Position numbers and translations under genes: made by a program. Under the pieces are notes generated by a model that was given only the letters and a program-made list of their open reading frames with translations, did no database searches and had not been told where the DNA came from. Below are positions 38,301-50,902 of a stretch of DNA of 64,000 nucleotides, piece by piece. How positions within the stretch are numbered: the stretch's first letter is position 1; the number at the start of each line of letters is the position of its first letter. Origin of the DNA: Mizuhopecten yessoensis (Eukaryota); the NCBI RefSeq assembly GCF_002113885.1, contig NW_018406560.1:361713-425712 (forward strand). Direction: 5' to 3'.

Positions 38301-41300
38301 ATATTACAGGTATGACTTGTAGACATGGACAAGGTGCTTCGTCATACCAGAAACCTGTTACAAGTATTCATCCTCTCCATGGGACCGTACTACAGGTACG
38401 GCTTGTAGACATGGACAAGGGGCTTCGTCATACCAGAAACCTGTTACAAGTATTCTCCCTCTCCATCCGACCATGCTACAGGTACGACTTGTAGACATGG
38501 ACAAGTTACTTCATCATACCAGAAACCTGTTACAAGTATTCATCCTCTCCATCCGAACATGCTACAGGTACGGCTTGTAGACATGGACAAGGGGCTTCGT
38601 CATACCAGAAACCTGTTACAAGTATACACCCTCTCCATCGGACCGTACTACAGGTATGACTTGTAGACATGGACAAGGTGCTTCGTCATACCAGAAACCT
38701 GTTACAAGTATTCCCCCTCTCCATCGGACCGTACTACAGGCACGGCTTGTAGACATGGACAAGGTGCTTGGTCATATCAGAAACCTGTTACAAGTATTCC
38801 CCCTCTCCATCGGACCGTACTACAGGTACGGCTTGTAGACATGGACAAGGGGCTTCGTCATACCAGAAACCTGTTACAAGTATTCCCCCTCTCCATCCGA
38901 CCATGCTACAGGTACGGCTTGTAGACATGGACAAGGGGCTTCGTCATACCAGAAACCTGTTACAAGTATTCTCCCTCTCCATCCGACCATGCTACAGGTA
39001 CGGCTTGTAGACATGGACAAGGGGCTTCGTCATACCAGAAACCTGTTACAAGTATTCCCCCTCTCCATCGGACCGTACTACAGGCACGGCTTGTAGACAT
39101 GGACAAGGTGCTTCGTAATACCAGAAACCTGTTACAAGTATTCACCCCCTCCATCCGACCATGCTACAGGTACGACTTGTAGACATGGACAAGGTGCTTG
39201 GTCATATCAGAAACCTGTTACAAGTATTCGCCCTCTCCGTCCGACCATGCTACAGGTACGGCTTTTAGACATGGACAAGGTGCTTCGTCATACCAAGAAC
39301 CTGTTACAAGTATTCACCCTCTCCATCAGACCGTACTACAGGTACCTACCCACCCACATATCTATATACCTACCCACATATCTATATACCTACCCACAGA
39401 TCTATATACCTACCCACATATTTATATACCCACATATTTATATACCTACCCACATATCTATATACCTACATATCTATATACCTACCCACATATCTAGATA
39501 CCTACCCACAGATCTATATATATACCTACCCACATATCTATATACCTACCCACAGATCTATATACCTACCCACATATTTATATACCCACATATTTATATA
39601 CCTACCCACATATCTATATACCTACCCACAGATCTATATACCTACCCACATATTTATATACCTACCCACATATTTATATACCTACCCACAGATCTATATA
39701 CCTACCTACATATTTATATACCTACCCACAGATCTATATACCTACATATATATATACCTACCCACATATCTATATACCTACCCACATATCTATATACCTA
39801 CCCACATATCTATATACCTACCCACATATATATATACCTACCCACATATCTATATACCTACCCACATATCTATATACCTACCCACATATCTATATACCTA
39901 CCCACATATCTATATACCTACCCACATATCTATATACCTACCCACATATCTATATACCTACCCACATATCTATATACCTACCCACATATCTATATACCTA
40001 CCCACATATCTATATACCTACCCACATATCTATATACCTACCCACATATCTATATACATACCCACATATCTATATACCTACCCACATATCTATATACCTA
40101 CCCATATATCTATATACCTACCCATATATCTATATACCTACCCACATATTTATCTATATACCTACCCACATATCTATATACCTACCCACATATCTATATA
40201 CCTACCCACATATTTATATATATACCTACATATCTATATACCTACCCACAGATCTATATACCTACCCACATATCTATATATATACCCACATATCTATATA
40301 CCTACCCACATATCTATATACCTACCCACATATCTATATACCTACATATCTATATACCTACCCACATATCTATATACCTATCCACATATTTATATACCTA
40401 CACACATATCTATATACCTACCCACATATCTATATACCTACATATCTATATACCTACCCACATATCTATATACCTACCCACATATTTATAGATATACCTA
40501 CCCACATATTTATATACCTACCCACATATTTATAGATATACCTATCCACATATTTATATACCTACCCACATATCTATATACCTACCCACATATCTATATA
40601 CCTACATATCTATATACCTACCCACATATTTATATACCTACCCACATATTTATAGATATACCTACCCACATATCTATATACCTACATATCTATATACCCA
40701 CCCACAAAAGTGATTCATGGTTATCTTGTCTAGGACAGTTCACATCGTTTAGTTTTTAGACGACCTGTGACGCTTAAAACAGCTCTGAATGAATTATGGA
40801 GAGAAATAACGTAGACACGATTGTATTATTAACTCACCAGTGACTCCGAGCTCCCACAGACAAGTATACAAATGTCATTGTATAGCCAATAGTCTTATAT
40901 AGAGGATCTAAACAATCTATTCATAGGTATTTATAGAAAGATTTCAATAAACTGTGTTTTATCCCGATGATCTACCTAAGTAGCGAAGTGAAAGAACATG
41001 TCGGTCGCAACAATGATCAGAAAACAAAGCCCTGGGAGGCCTGTAGATTTAAGTTGATGAATTTGTGTATTTTTTAAAATTTAAAATTTTCCAACTCATT
41101 TATTAGTCTAGAAATGACTAAGTAAGTGCAAGCATGTTCTGTACCTACATGTTATTTTAAATCTTCAGTAAAAATCTTGATTTTTGCAAAAACATAAAAA
41201 AAAAGGCCAACAGTTTCATGTACCATATGTACAGATGATTAAGTAATAAATAACCTCATCAACATTTTAATTTCATTTTTCTGCGTTGGAATGAATTTCA

Positions 41301-44300
41301 GAATATTGTGCGTGTCACATTTAAACTGTTCTGTTTGATTAAATTTGTGTTCTTCAATTAGAACTGTACAACTCAATAGATATTTACACCTACAGTATAA
41401 AGATCTGGGTTTACTGGGTGCTTTCCTCTAGTACGCCAACAAACCCTACTAAACTTTAAACATTATTTGATCCATTAAACTATTTAAAAACACCCCAATA
41501 TATTCAATTTAGAAAGAACTCTTTTTATTAAATACCCAGCGCTATGTTCACTAAACATGCATATGATATAAATTACAATGTAGGGATAGGCTTCAATTGC
41601 CAGGTACTGATGTGATGTTAACGACGCCCAATAATTACAGTTTGCAGTTTGTACCAATAAACATACTTAGAATTCCAGATTTTCTCCGACACTTTTGATA
41701 ATACTTGCAAGAATCTGTTTTATATCAATAAACTGTAAGGCACATACAAACAAAATTAATAATCTCAGGCGGATTTGTTTTTAAAAGGTGTAATGTGTCT
41801 TTGAAGTAATATACGGTGAAGGTGTTACAAAAAATTGAAGGATATTGAAAGGACTGCCTTTTAAGAAAATAATGACCTAAAACTTGCATCTAGATGTATA
41901 ATACATTTGTATTGTATACCTGCACTGACAAATTCATGTCACTAGTCTAAAAAGGAGAAGTCATTAAATGAAAGTTCAAAAACTGATGATATAGCTCAAT
42001 TTTAATAGGCGTTTTATGTAATGGCATAGATTTTACCCTAATAGGCATTTAATGTATGGTATGGATTTAACACTAATAGGCATTTTGTGTATGGTATAGA
42101 TTTTACACTAATAGGTGTTTTATATATAGTATAGATATTACCCTATAACCATTTTATGTATGGTATAAATTTTACCCTAAAATGCATTTTAGGTATGGTA
42201 TAGATTTTATCCATTTAGGTATTTAATGTATGGTATAGATTTTATCCATTTAGGTATTTAATGTATGGTATAGATTTTACCCTAAAAGGTGTTTTATGTA
42301 GGGTATAGATTTTACCCCTATGGTAGTTTTATGAATGGTATAGATTTTACCCTAATAGACATTTTATGAATGGTATAGTTTTTACCACAATAGGAGTTTT
42401 ATGAATGGTATATAGATTTGACCCTAATTGACATTTTATGTAGAGTATAGATTTTACCCTAATAGACATTTTATGAATGGTATAGATTTAACCATAATAG
42501 GAGTTTTATGAATGGTATATAGATTTTACCCCAATAGGTGTTTTATGAATGGTATAAATTTTACCCCAATAGGTGTTTTATGTATGGCATAGATTTTACC
42601 CCAATAGTAGTTTTATGAATGGTATAGATTTTACCCTAATAGACATTTTATAAATGGTATAGATTTTACCCTAATAGACATTTTATAAATGGTATAGATT
42701 TTACCCTAATAGACATTTTATGTATCGTCAAGATTTGACCCTAATCATCATTTTATAAATGGTATAGATTTTACCCTAATAGACATTTTATGTATGATAT
42801 AGATTTGACCTTAATAGGAGTTTTATGTATGGTATAGATTTGACCCAAATAGATACAATTTGACCCTAATAGGTACCAGTGTTTTATGTATAGTATAGAT
42901 TTGACCCTAATAGGTACCAGTGTTCTATGCATGGTATAGATTTGACCCTAATAGGTACCAGTGTTTTATGTATGGCAAAGATTTGAACCTAATAGGCATT
43001 TTATGAATGGTATAGATTTTACCCTAGACATTTTATGTATGGTATAAATTTTACCCTTATTGGCATTTTATGTATGGTATAGATTTGACCCTAATAGACA
43101 TTTTATTTATCTTCAAGATTTGACCCTAATAGTAGTTTTATGTAAGGTATAGACTTTACCCTAATAGGCATTTTATGTATGATATAGATTTGATCTTAAT
43201 AAGAGTTTTATGTATGGTATAGATTTGACCCCAATAGGTACAATTTGACCCCAATAGGTACCAGTGTTTTATGTATAGTATAGATTTGAACTTAATAGGT
43301 ACCAGTGTTTTATGTATGGTATAGATTTGACCCTGATAGGTACCAGTGTTTTATGTATGGCATAGATTTGAGCCTAATAGGTACCAGTGTTTTATGTATG
43401 GTATAGATTTGACCCTAATAGGTACCAGTGTTTTATGTATGGCATAGATTTGACCTTAATAGGCACCAGTGTTTTATGTATGGCATAGCTTTGACCCTAA
43501 TAGGTACCGGTGTTTTATGTAGGGTATAGATTTGACCCTAATAGGTACCAGTGTTTTATGTATGGTATAGATTTGACCCTAATAGGTACCAGTGTTTTAT
43601 ATAGGGTATAGATTTGACCCTAATAGGTACCGGTGTTTTATGTATGGTATAGATTTGACCCTAATAGGTACCAGTGTTTTATATAGGGTATAGATTTGAC
43701 CCTAATAGGTACCGGTGTTTTATGTATGGTATAGATTTGACCCTAATAGGTACCAGTGTTTTATATAGGGTATAGATTTGACCCTAATAGGTACCGGTGT
43801 TTTATGTATGGTATAGATTTGACCCTAATAGGTACCAGTGTTTTATGTAGGGTATAGATTTGACCCTAATAGGTACCGGTGTTTTATGTATGGTATAGAT
43901 TTGACCCGAATAGGTACCAGTGTTTTATGTATGGTATAGATTTGACCCAAATAGGTACCAGTGTTTTATGTATGGTATAGATTTGACCCTAATAGGTACC
44001 AGTGTTTTATGTAGGGTATAGATTTGACCCTAATAGGTACCGGTATTTTATGTAGGGTATATATTTAACCCTTATAGGTACCGGTGTTTTATGTATGGTA
44101 TAGATTTGACTCTAATAGGTACCAGTGTTTTATGTATGGTATAGATTTGACTCTAATAGGTACCGGTGTTTTATGTATGGTATAGATTTGACCCTAATAT
44201 GTACCAGTGTTTTATGTATGGTATAGATTTGACCCCAATAGGTACCGGTGTTTTATGTATGGTATAGATTTGACCCTAATAGGTACCAGTGTTTTATGTA

Positions 44301-47300
44301 TGGTATATATTTGACCCCAATAGGTACCGGTGTTTTATGTAGGGTATAGATTTGACCCTAATAGGTACTGGTGTTTTATGTAGGGTATAGATTTTACCCT
44401 AATAGANGAAGGTCACAGTCAAAAATTTGAAGAATATTGAAAGGACTTCCTTTTAAGAAAATAATGACCTAAAACCTGCATCTCGATGTATAATACATTT
44501 GTATTGTATACCTGCCCTGACGAATTCATTTCACTAGTCTAAAAAGGAGAAGTCATTAAATGAAAGTTCAAAAACTGATGATATAGCTCAATTTTAATAG
44601 GCGTTTTATGTATGGCATAGATTTTATCCTAATAGGCATTTTATGAATGGTATAGATTTTATCCTAATAGACATTTTTTGTATGGTATAGATTTAACCCT
44701 AATATGCATTTATGTACAGTATAGATTTTACCCTAATAGGTACCAGTGTTTTATGTAGGGTATAGATTTGACCCAAATAGGTACCGGTGTTTTATGTATG
44801 GTATATATTTTACCCTAATAGGTACCAGTGTTTTATGTTTGTTGTACTTTACCCTATTATTTTAGTTGCTATGAAAATCTGTATGAGATGTCTAGCAACT
44901 TTCTGTGTAACACAACTTTAGTTCAGAAAGCGACTGTCTGTGTTCTAGCAATCTCTGAGAATGTAGCAACTTGTTATGCAAAATCTGTCTGCAACCTGCC
45001 AACCTGAAGGAAAGACAATCCGTCCCTAAGCCCCTATAATCCTTAGTGGTGTGGGCTGCCAATCAATATCAACTAGCAACTGACACGCACCACAAGAATA
45101 TCGCAAGCTAGGCGACCAGCTAGTCCACAGAGCCACAGTGGGTCGTTATAGAAAGCAAAATGACTTACAATACAAGTTATAAAGGTGGTTCAGGTTTAAA
45201 TTTACAAGTATTTTATTGATAATACCAAAACACTGGGGACAGCATGCAGGGGATGGATTAAATTCTTTATTAAATTTTCAATCTTTTAATATTTTCTTAA
45301 TTCTTTAAAATAGTACATTTATATTTTTACTGCACATGTCAAGATCATAAGTGATCATCTAGATGAAGAAAAAAAAAAAGCATTCTGTGGGTGTTAATGA
45401 ATCAATACAATTATAACATGTCCCCTACTGATGCCCCCAACAGATATAGCAAACAAGATATTGCAAGCAACGATGTTTTCAAAAGATTTTCCATTGGTAC
45501 ACAGTAAATACATTGCGGACCAATGTAACGCCCTTACTTACCCCATGTCGTTTATTGATGAATCTGTTATATTCAAAAGGTGAAGCAGGTATACAGATGC
45601 TGTACAGCTGAGGTAAGTATTGTGGAAGTTCGATAAAATCAGCATCCTAACACCATTATTAAGTGAATGGTGAGCCATTACGAAACTGTAACCCAAACTT
45701 TAACCTGCAGATTTTGGCCAAGATACTTAATTCGAAAACATGTCAAAAATTCAAAAAAATAAAATCATTTTTCCACTTTCACTAAACAACATTAATGGTA
45801 GACCCTAAAGAACCCCTGTACATAAAATCAGCATCCTAACACGTGAACATTGAGCCATTACGAAACTTTAACCTGCAGATTTTGGCCAAGATACTGAATG
45901 AAGTCCAAAACATGTCAAAAATTGAAAAAAACACACCAACATTTTCGTTCCCAGGCATTGATGCTAGATCCCTAAAGAACCAGCATCCTAACATCATTAT
46001 TAAGTGAATGGTAAGCCATTACAAAGCTTTAACCAAAACCTTAACCAAAGGTAACGGACGGCCGACTGACGGACAGACGGCCGCAGACAAAACCTATCTA
46101 GTCCCCCCGGTTTCACCTGTAGGGGACTAATAATAGATACGTAAAAAAGTAATACATTTTGACCATTTACCAGTCCAGTGTTGCAGTCAAGTGGGCCCAC
46201 ACAGGTATTTCAACATTAATATTTGAATATTTCATGTTGTTTGAGGGTTGACATGTATAAATGCAGTGCTGACAAATCTCTGTGTGATCAGGTCTCGAAG
46301 TTCACATTTCTAAATAAACAAGATACCTAGGTGCATGGATATACATTTTGTAAATCTTTCTAAAATAATACCCCCAGAACAGGGCATATGTATACATGTA
46401 TCACCACAGACTTAGATCTAATTCCAAGGTATAACACATACAGGTTTCCGGGGGAGTCATTGATTTCCTATCACATTGAAAGAACAGATTCTTTTTAAAA
46501 TGAGATATTCATTTATTCGTAGCTCTACAGAACTTTGTGATTACATCAGGGGGTAAATATATATATATTTTAGCATAAATGCACCAGCATTGTTCGACTG
46601 AAACGTTAACGTAGCCTAGCTGTTCCATGTAATTTTCTATTCCTTGAAGTGAAATTTTCTAACCAACAAATTAAATAAGCCAATTATTGTACATAAAGTG
46701 TGTTCAATTTAGGTGTTTCATTGGCCAAAAAATTGGTTGCTCAATTAAAGTGTCAAGTGCGTGAAAGAGTTTGATAAAAATAGCTTTAGAGATATTATCA
46801 ATGATTAATAGAGATAACTGTTTACGTAGACTGTCTATATTTATTTGGAGCCTTGTACTGAATTAACTTTTTCATTTATTTAAGAGTATCTCATTCTCAA
46901 GGATCAAAATACACACTAAATACATTGAATGATGTACTCGTATCACATGATCATACCCACACTTATAATACAGCGTTAAAATAATGCAGTGCACAAATTT
47001 CATAATTTCCTTAATAACTCATATACTGGGGTATGTTTTCACTTTCCCTCCTCACACTTTTTACATTGGGTAGGTACGTAGGGTTTCCCTCCTAAAATGT
47101 CCTATTTCTATAGAAAAACACTAATGATGTTTTTCTATAGAAATAAAATAAAGAAAAAAGGTTCAGTAGGTGCCATTTAAGTGAGTCTTTCTGAAAACTA
47201 CAAACAATTTGTTGAAGGATGGCCCTAACTGATATGCACCTGTGCACGTGACTGGTCATTAGTGGGTCTGGATTTACCTTACACACTACTACTTATTATG

Positions 47301-50284
47301 GTCATCAGTACAAGTTGGTTCCTAGTTATGACACACCAATGGTCATCAATTGAGAGGTGAGCACACAGATATATACCTGGTCACATCTTTGACCGGTAGA
47401 TGACCTTGTATTAGGGTTGCGCAGTCATCGGTTAACCAGTTACTCAGTCTGAAGGTCATGAACCGTTTACCTAATCAATAACCGAACAGTCAGATAGCCC
47501 ATGTTTCCCTGGCTTAGACCTATACATTCATACTTTCCAACCCTCCCTATTTAAAAGGGAGACTCCAGATTTATTGGACTCTTGAACTTGGTGTTTTCAA
47601 AGAGTGAATTTGTTGTCTGTTCCTATATTTAACAACTAAAAATATGTCATTTAAAGGGTTATTTTGTCTCTAGGGGGTGTATACACACATTTTATTTGTG
47701 TTTTAATTTTGAGCATGCAAAATCTCCCCCATGGAAATTTCAAAATCAGATAGTTTTGTAATAAAACAGTGTTCAGGCTAACATCTTAGTGTCATGTTGC
47801 TTTTGTACTCTTTTGTAAAGATTGACAAAGAGATGCCGACAACACTGTAAAACCCCTGAGTGGGACGACTGGTTTGCCCGTTGTCAGTATAATGTGACCG
47901 GGTGGGGCGTCCTGCTGGGTGTCTTCGGCATTATGTTTCAGTGAGGTAGCACTATAAAGTCGGCATCAGTTCCGCGCTATCACAAGGAGACAAACACGAA
48001 CATATCGCAGCCTCCCAAAATACACACACATACACTACACGCATGCATCTTGCACACAGGGGAGGCCGGCCTTAAATGACCTTAGCTGTTAATAGGACGT
48101 TAAACAAAATCAAACAAACAAACAAACAAAAAAAACCTGAACAGATTTTAGAGGTACATTTAGAGCTCAATTTACATGCGAGATATGTAAAGATATTGTG
48201 AAGAGTACACATACATGTACACTTGAATGAGCAAGCAAAATTAAAACGTTTGTCAATCAAATTTTGTTCTAAAAACCAGTATTACCGCATATGATTTCGA
48301 GTACAGATAACTGTAATTGAATCACGCCTTAAATGCAATGCTTCATTAGGGATCAAACTGGGACCTTTAACTATATATAGTGAAGTCTAAACCACACCAA
48401 AGCGCTTAAGCTATAGAGAAATTCTCCCTAGCCGAGTCAGTAGGAAGCAGCTAACGGTTTACTGTGATGACACACTTCAACTTCAGGAAGAAGTACTAGT
48501 CTTATTAATGTTTCCAGCCAAACCTGCGAGAGACAATTCAAGCCTTTCTGTCAATGCTTCCCTGGTCCATATCATATGTGTAGGCGCCAATGTAACAGAG
48601 GGCAAACACATTTAGTATCAGTGAAGTGACCCAGGATGCATTGGCCTTGGTTCCACATTGGATGTCACAGCTAGGCTAAGATCTTCAGTGTTTTGATTTT
48701 TTTAATTTTTGATTAATCGAGCCTACAAAATCATAGTCAAGCACTCGTTATATAGCTGTAGTCGATCAATTTTATACTTTTCGATAATCGGAACACCACT
48801 AAATAGAACTATTTTGTACAGTATAGTTATATTGTGTGAATACAGGTTAATTCATATATAATTTTGTACTGATATATATGTGGACGAGGATGAAAATTTA
48901 TGATGTCATCAAACAGGATGCAGACAATTAACGTAATTATATAAAGTGTGTCTTTGGTATCTACATTCTGGAACAAATGGATACTTACCGACCATTTAAA
49001 TTTCGGACATGTCAGGGGAAACCAAGTATATTTTTTTTGCACCTAGAGTCAAGCGTGAAGGAGGTGAGAAAATTGCACACAAAGCATGCATGACGGACAC
49101 AATAAATACATGTACAGGTAAAATCCAGTTGTGTTTTTCCTAACTGTTAAATCATAGATAAGTCTCATTGGCGATCAACTACATGTACACTGTATACGTA
49201 CCTGACAGTACAACCCCATTTTTGACAGTTTTACAGTCAGTGTAATAACGTGTAACATGCATTCATTGAAAAATAAAAAAAAATGCAATATATATATATG
49301 TACAGTGTAGTAGCTAGGACAAGGAATAGTCATAAAGATAGTGCCGTCACTTGGGCTTGAACCTGTGACCCTTGGCTCTCCAGTCTGATGCTCTACCATA
49401 GTTCCCATAGTCAGACACTGACTGAGCTTAAGGGAAATTCCCTAAAGCTGACGCAATCTAATCAATGCACATCTTTTACATATATATACCAAATCTAACT
49501 TTTTCGTCCGAGCCTTCCAGATTTTTTTACATTCTGTAACATCGATCAACAAATCTTATCATATGTAACATATTTGTGTACTTAGAACACAACAGGGCAA
49601 TTGATTGTTAAATAGCACAGTTGTGCACAATATGTGCGGGCAATGTGCACACTACTGTATGTATGAATGATGTGCGCATGGTAGTTTTGGTGTGTTGTAC
49701 GATGACAACTGTATTATCTTACGGGCGATATCTTACCGCACTGCAGGACCCATCATGAGTGGGAAAGTGAAGAACACACGGCAGAACCAGGTACACATTG
49801 AGGTGCCGATGATCTCCGGGTGTTGCTTTTCACGTGTGTAGTCGAGATAGTACCACTGGACACTGAGACCGTTAGATATGACAGCAGGCAACACGGTAAA
49901 GGCAGCAGTGAGCCAGAAGGCCAGGTAGCGACCATGTCGGAAATACTCTTCAGTCAGCACAATGTCGGACACAAAATCATACAGAAAAAATAAGGTGGAG
50001 AACAGTGTGATAAAAAGGTCTATTTTGGTAAAGGGATAACGATAAGAACCGTCCGTTTGATCAATTACATCGTCCAGAAACACGGTGGCTGAGGGCTGGG
50101 TCGGACGATCCGCATGTGTCCTGTCCCTGTCATCTTCGGTCTGTAACTGAAGAGAGTTAACTTGGTATCCATTTGCTTTTTGTTCCTGTTGCGGGGTTAG
50201 TTTGAAACTTGTCCGTCGAGTTTGAATTCTCTTCCCCAGGCCGTTACATCGTGAATTTGACACCCCACCTGAGGTCGAAGCCAT
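34713..50284 (-). CDS. XKR: XK-related protein (XKR/CED-8 family phospholipid scramblase), complement(join(34713..35395,36147..36373,49737..50284)), 485 aa
   Basis: 1458 nt in frame with GT-AG junctions (phases 2 and 1); family motifs YDFVSDI, ESFLESAPQLIIQLY, LSWSLVSY, EVGPRVIIIALFAS, FYLENF, YMCCHP. Orthology to a particular XKR paralogue cannot be assigned. Confidence 0.92.
35545..35635. mobile_element. TTAA-flanked piggyBac-type MITE, family A (opposite orientation)
   Basis: TTAA-CCCTTTCACC...GGTGAAAGGG-TTAA with reverse-complemented interior. Confidence 0.88.
36026..36114. mobile_element. TTAA-flanked piggyBac-type MITE, family A
   Basis: TCAA-CCCTTTCACC...GGTGAAAGGG-TTAA. Confidence 0.85.
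36147..36373 (-). CDS. XKR: XKR exon 2
   Basis: tttacag|A CAT GTG; encodes DASLIRMLESFLESAPQLIIQLY; A|gtaagg donor. Confidence 0.93.
37550..37944 (+). mobile_element. TRIM (miniature non-autonomous LTR retrotransposon) with tRNA-derived Pol III promoter in each LTR
   Basis: LTR1 37550-37705 and LTR2 37797-37944, both TG...CA; PBS TGGTGTCAG at 37708; PPT AAAAAGGGTGGAGTAG 37781-37796; TTAC TSD both sides; A box TAGCTCAGTGG and B box GGTTCGATCCC in each LTR. Confidence 0.88.
38181..39343. repeat. Minisatellite, 86-bp unit (CCTGTTACAAGTATTC...GTAGACATGGACAAGG...CATACCAGAAA)
   Basis: About 13.5 copies in XKR intron 1. Confidence 0.96.
39343..40705. repeat. Minisatellite, 20-bp unit (TATATACCTACCCACATATC)
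   Basis: About 68 copies directly abutting the 86-bp array. Confidence 0.96.
42002..44405. repeat. Minisatellite grading from ~35-bp to 41-bp unit (TGTTTTATGTATGGTATAGATTTGACCCTAATAGGTACCAG)
   Basis: Degenerate short units first, homogeneous 41-bp units from ~43240; ends at the N at 44407. Confidence 0.95.
44408..44840 (+). repeat. Second copy of 41818-~42060 unique flank followed by a short version of the same array (probable alternative haplotype or local duplication)
   Basis: ~190 bp near-identical to 41818-42010 starting immediately after an N. Confidence 0.8.
45415..46132 (-). mobile_element. pearl/HINE-type non-autonomous element with ~170-bp internal repeats
   Basis: GTCCCCTAC / GTAGGGGAC subterminal inverted repeats, TAGTCCCC...GGGGACTA hairpin, GACG/GACA microsatellite, repeated CAGCATCCTAACA...AGCCATTAC units. 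Confidence 0.7.
47855..48133 (+). mobile_element. 5'-truncated SINE (central domain resembling mollusc Meta/MESC type) with (AAAC)n tail
   Basis: GACTGGTTTGCCCGTTGTCAGTATAATGTGACCGGGTGGGG domain; tail GCTGTTAATAGGACGTTAAAC...(CAAA)n; family assignment from memory. Confidence 0.65.
48312..48640 (-). mobile_element. Degenerate TRIM relic related to the 37550 element
   Basis: - strand CTCTGTTACA-T-TGGCGCC (LTR end plus PBS) at 48600-48583; AGCTATAGAGAAATTCTCCCTAGC matches the reverse complement of the LTR motif GCTAGTGGGAATTTCCCTTTAGCT. Confidence 0.5.
49299..49480 (-). mobile_element. Solo LTR with tRNA-like A/B boxes, related to the 37550 TRIM
   Basis: TGTA...TACA ends, TATA on both flanks, - strand GGGAATTTCCCTTAAGCTCAGT...TGGTAGAGCA...GGTTCAAGCCC. 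Confidence 0.55.
49737..50284 (-). CDS. XKR: XKR exon 1 (N-terminal tail and first TM helices)
   Basis: ATG at 50284 with upstream in-frame TGA; LFFLYDFVSDIVL...YF motif; CG|gtaaga donor. Confidence 0.88.
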
Positions 50285-50728
50285 TTCGATGTTTACTTCT
50301 CAACTTCTCGCGGACCCCCTTCTCGGAGTCATCTGTGCGCTTGATAGTCAAGTCGCAGTCGACGCTTGAATTATATCTTACCTGGGGCCCAACAGGGGTA
50401 TTGGAACGTGAGTCACTCCCATGTTTCTGACTGTTCCGACAGGTAATCATAATGCGTCTGTTTTACATGTTGATCTAGATAAACGGTACATTAATGTTTG
50501 AACACAAATACAATATTTAGTTTCAACGTCCATGTGAACATTTAGAATGCAATGTGATCATGTGTAAATAAATAACTTAAAAAATATTGATCAAAATGAC
50601 AAAGGGAATGAGCTTTCTTACTTTCGTTTTACATCAGTTTACCACCCAAAATATGTAGCTTACCACCCAAATTATGTAGCTTACCAAATTGATTAAATAG
50701 CGCCACATTCATGCCTCATCCTAATTCC

Positions 50729-50761
<33 letters not shown>

Positions 50762-50902
50762 GGAATTATCAATCACATGACTGGTCCGGATCTTTAATTA
50801 TCCTATAATATCAAATTTACATTTTGTACATAAAGTATATTGTTTATTCTGTCTAAAAAAATCACTTCAGTACCAAACAGAACACAATACTCAGTTTAGA
50901 CA

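Noticed and set aside
39247-40491. 414-aa Tyr/Pro/His-rich ORF resembling a shell or adhesive protein
   Set aside because: 20-bp repeat translation with period not divisible by 3; no signal peptide or splice context.
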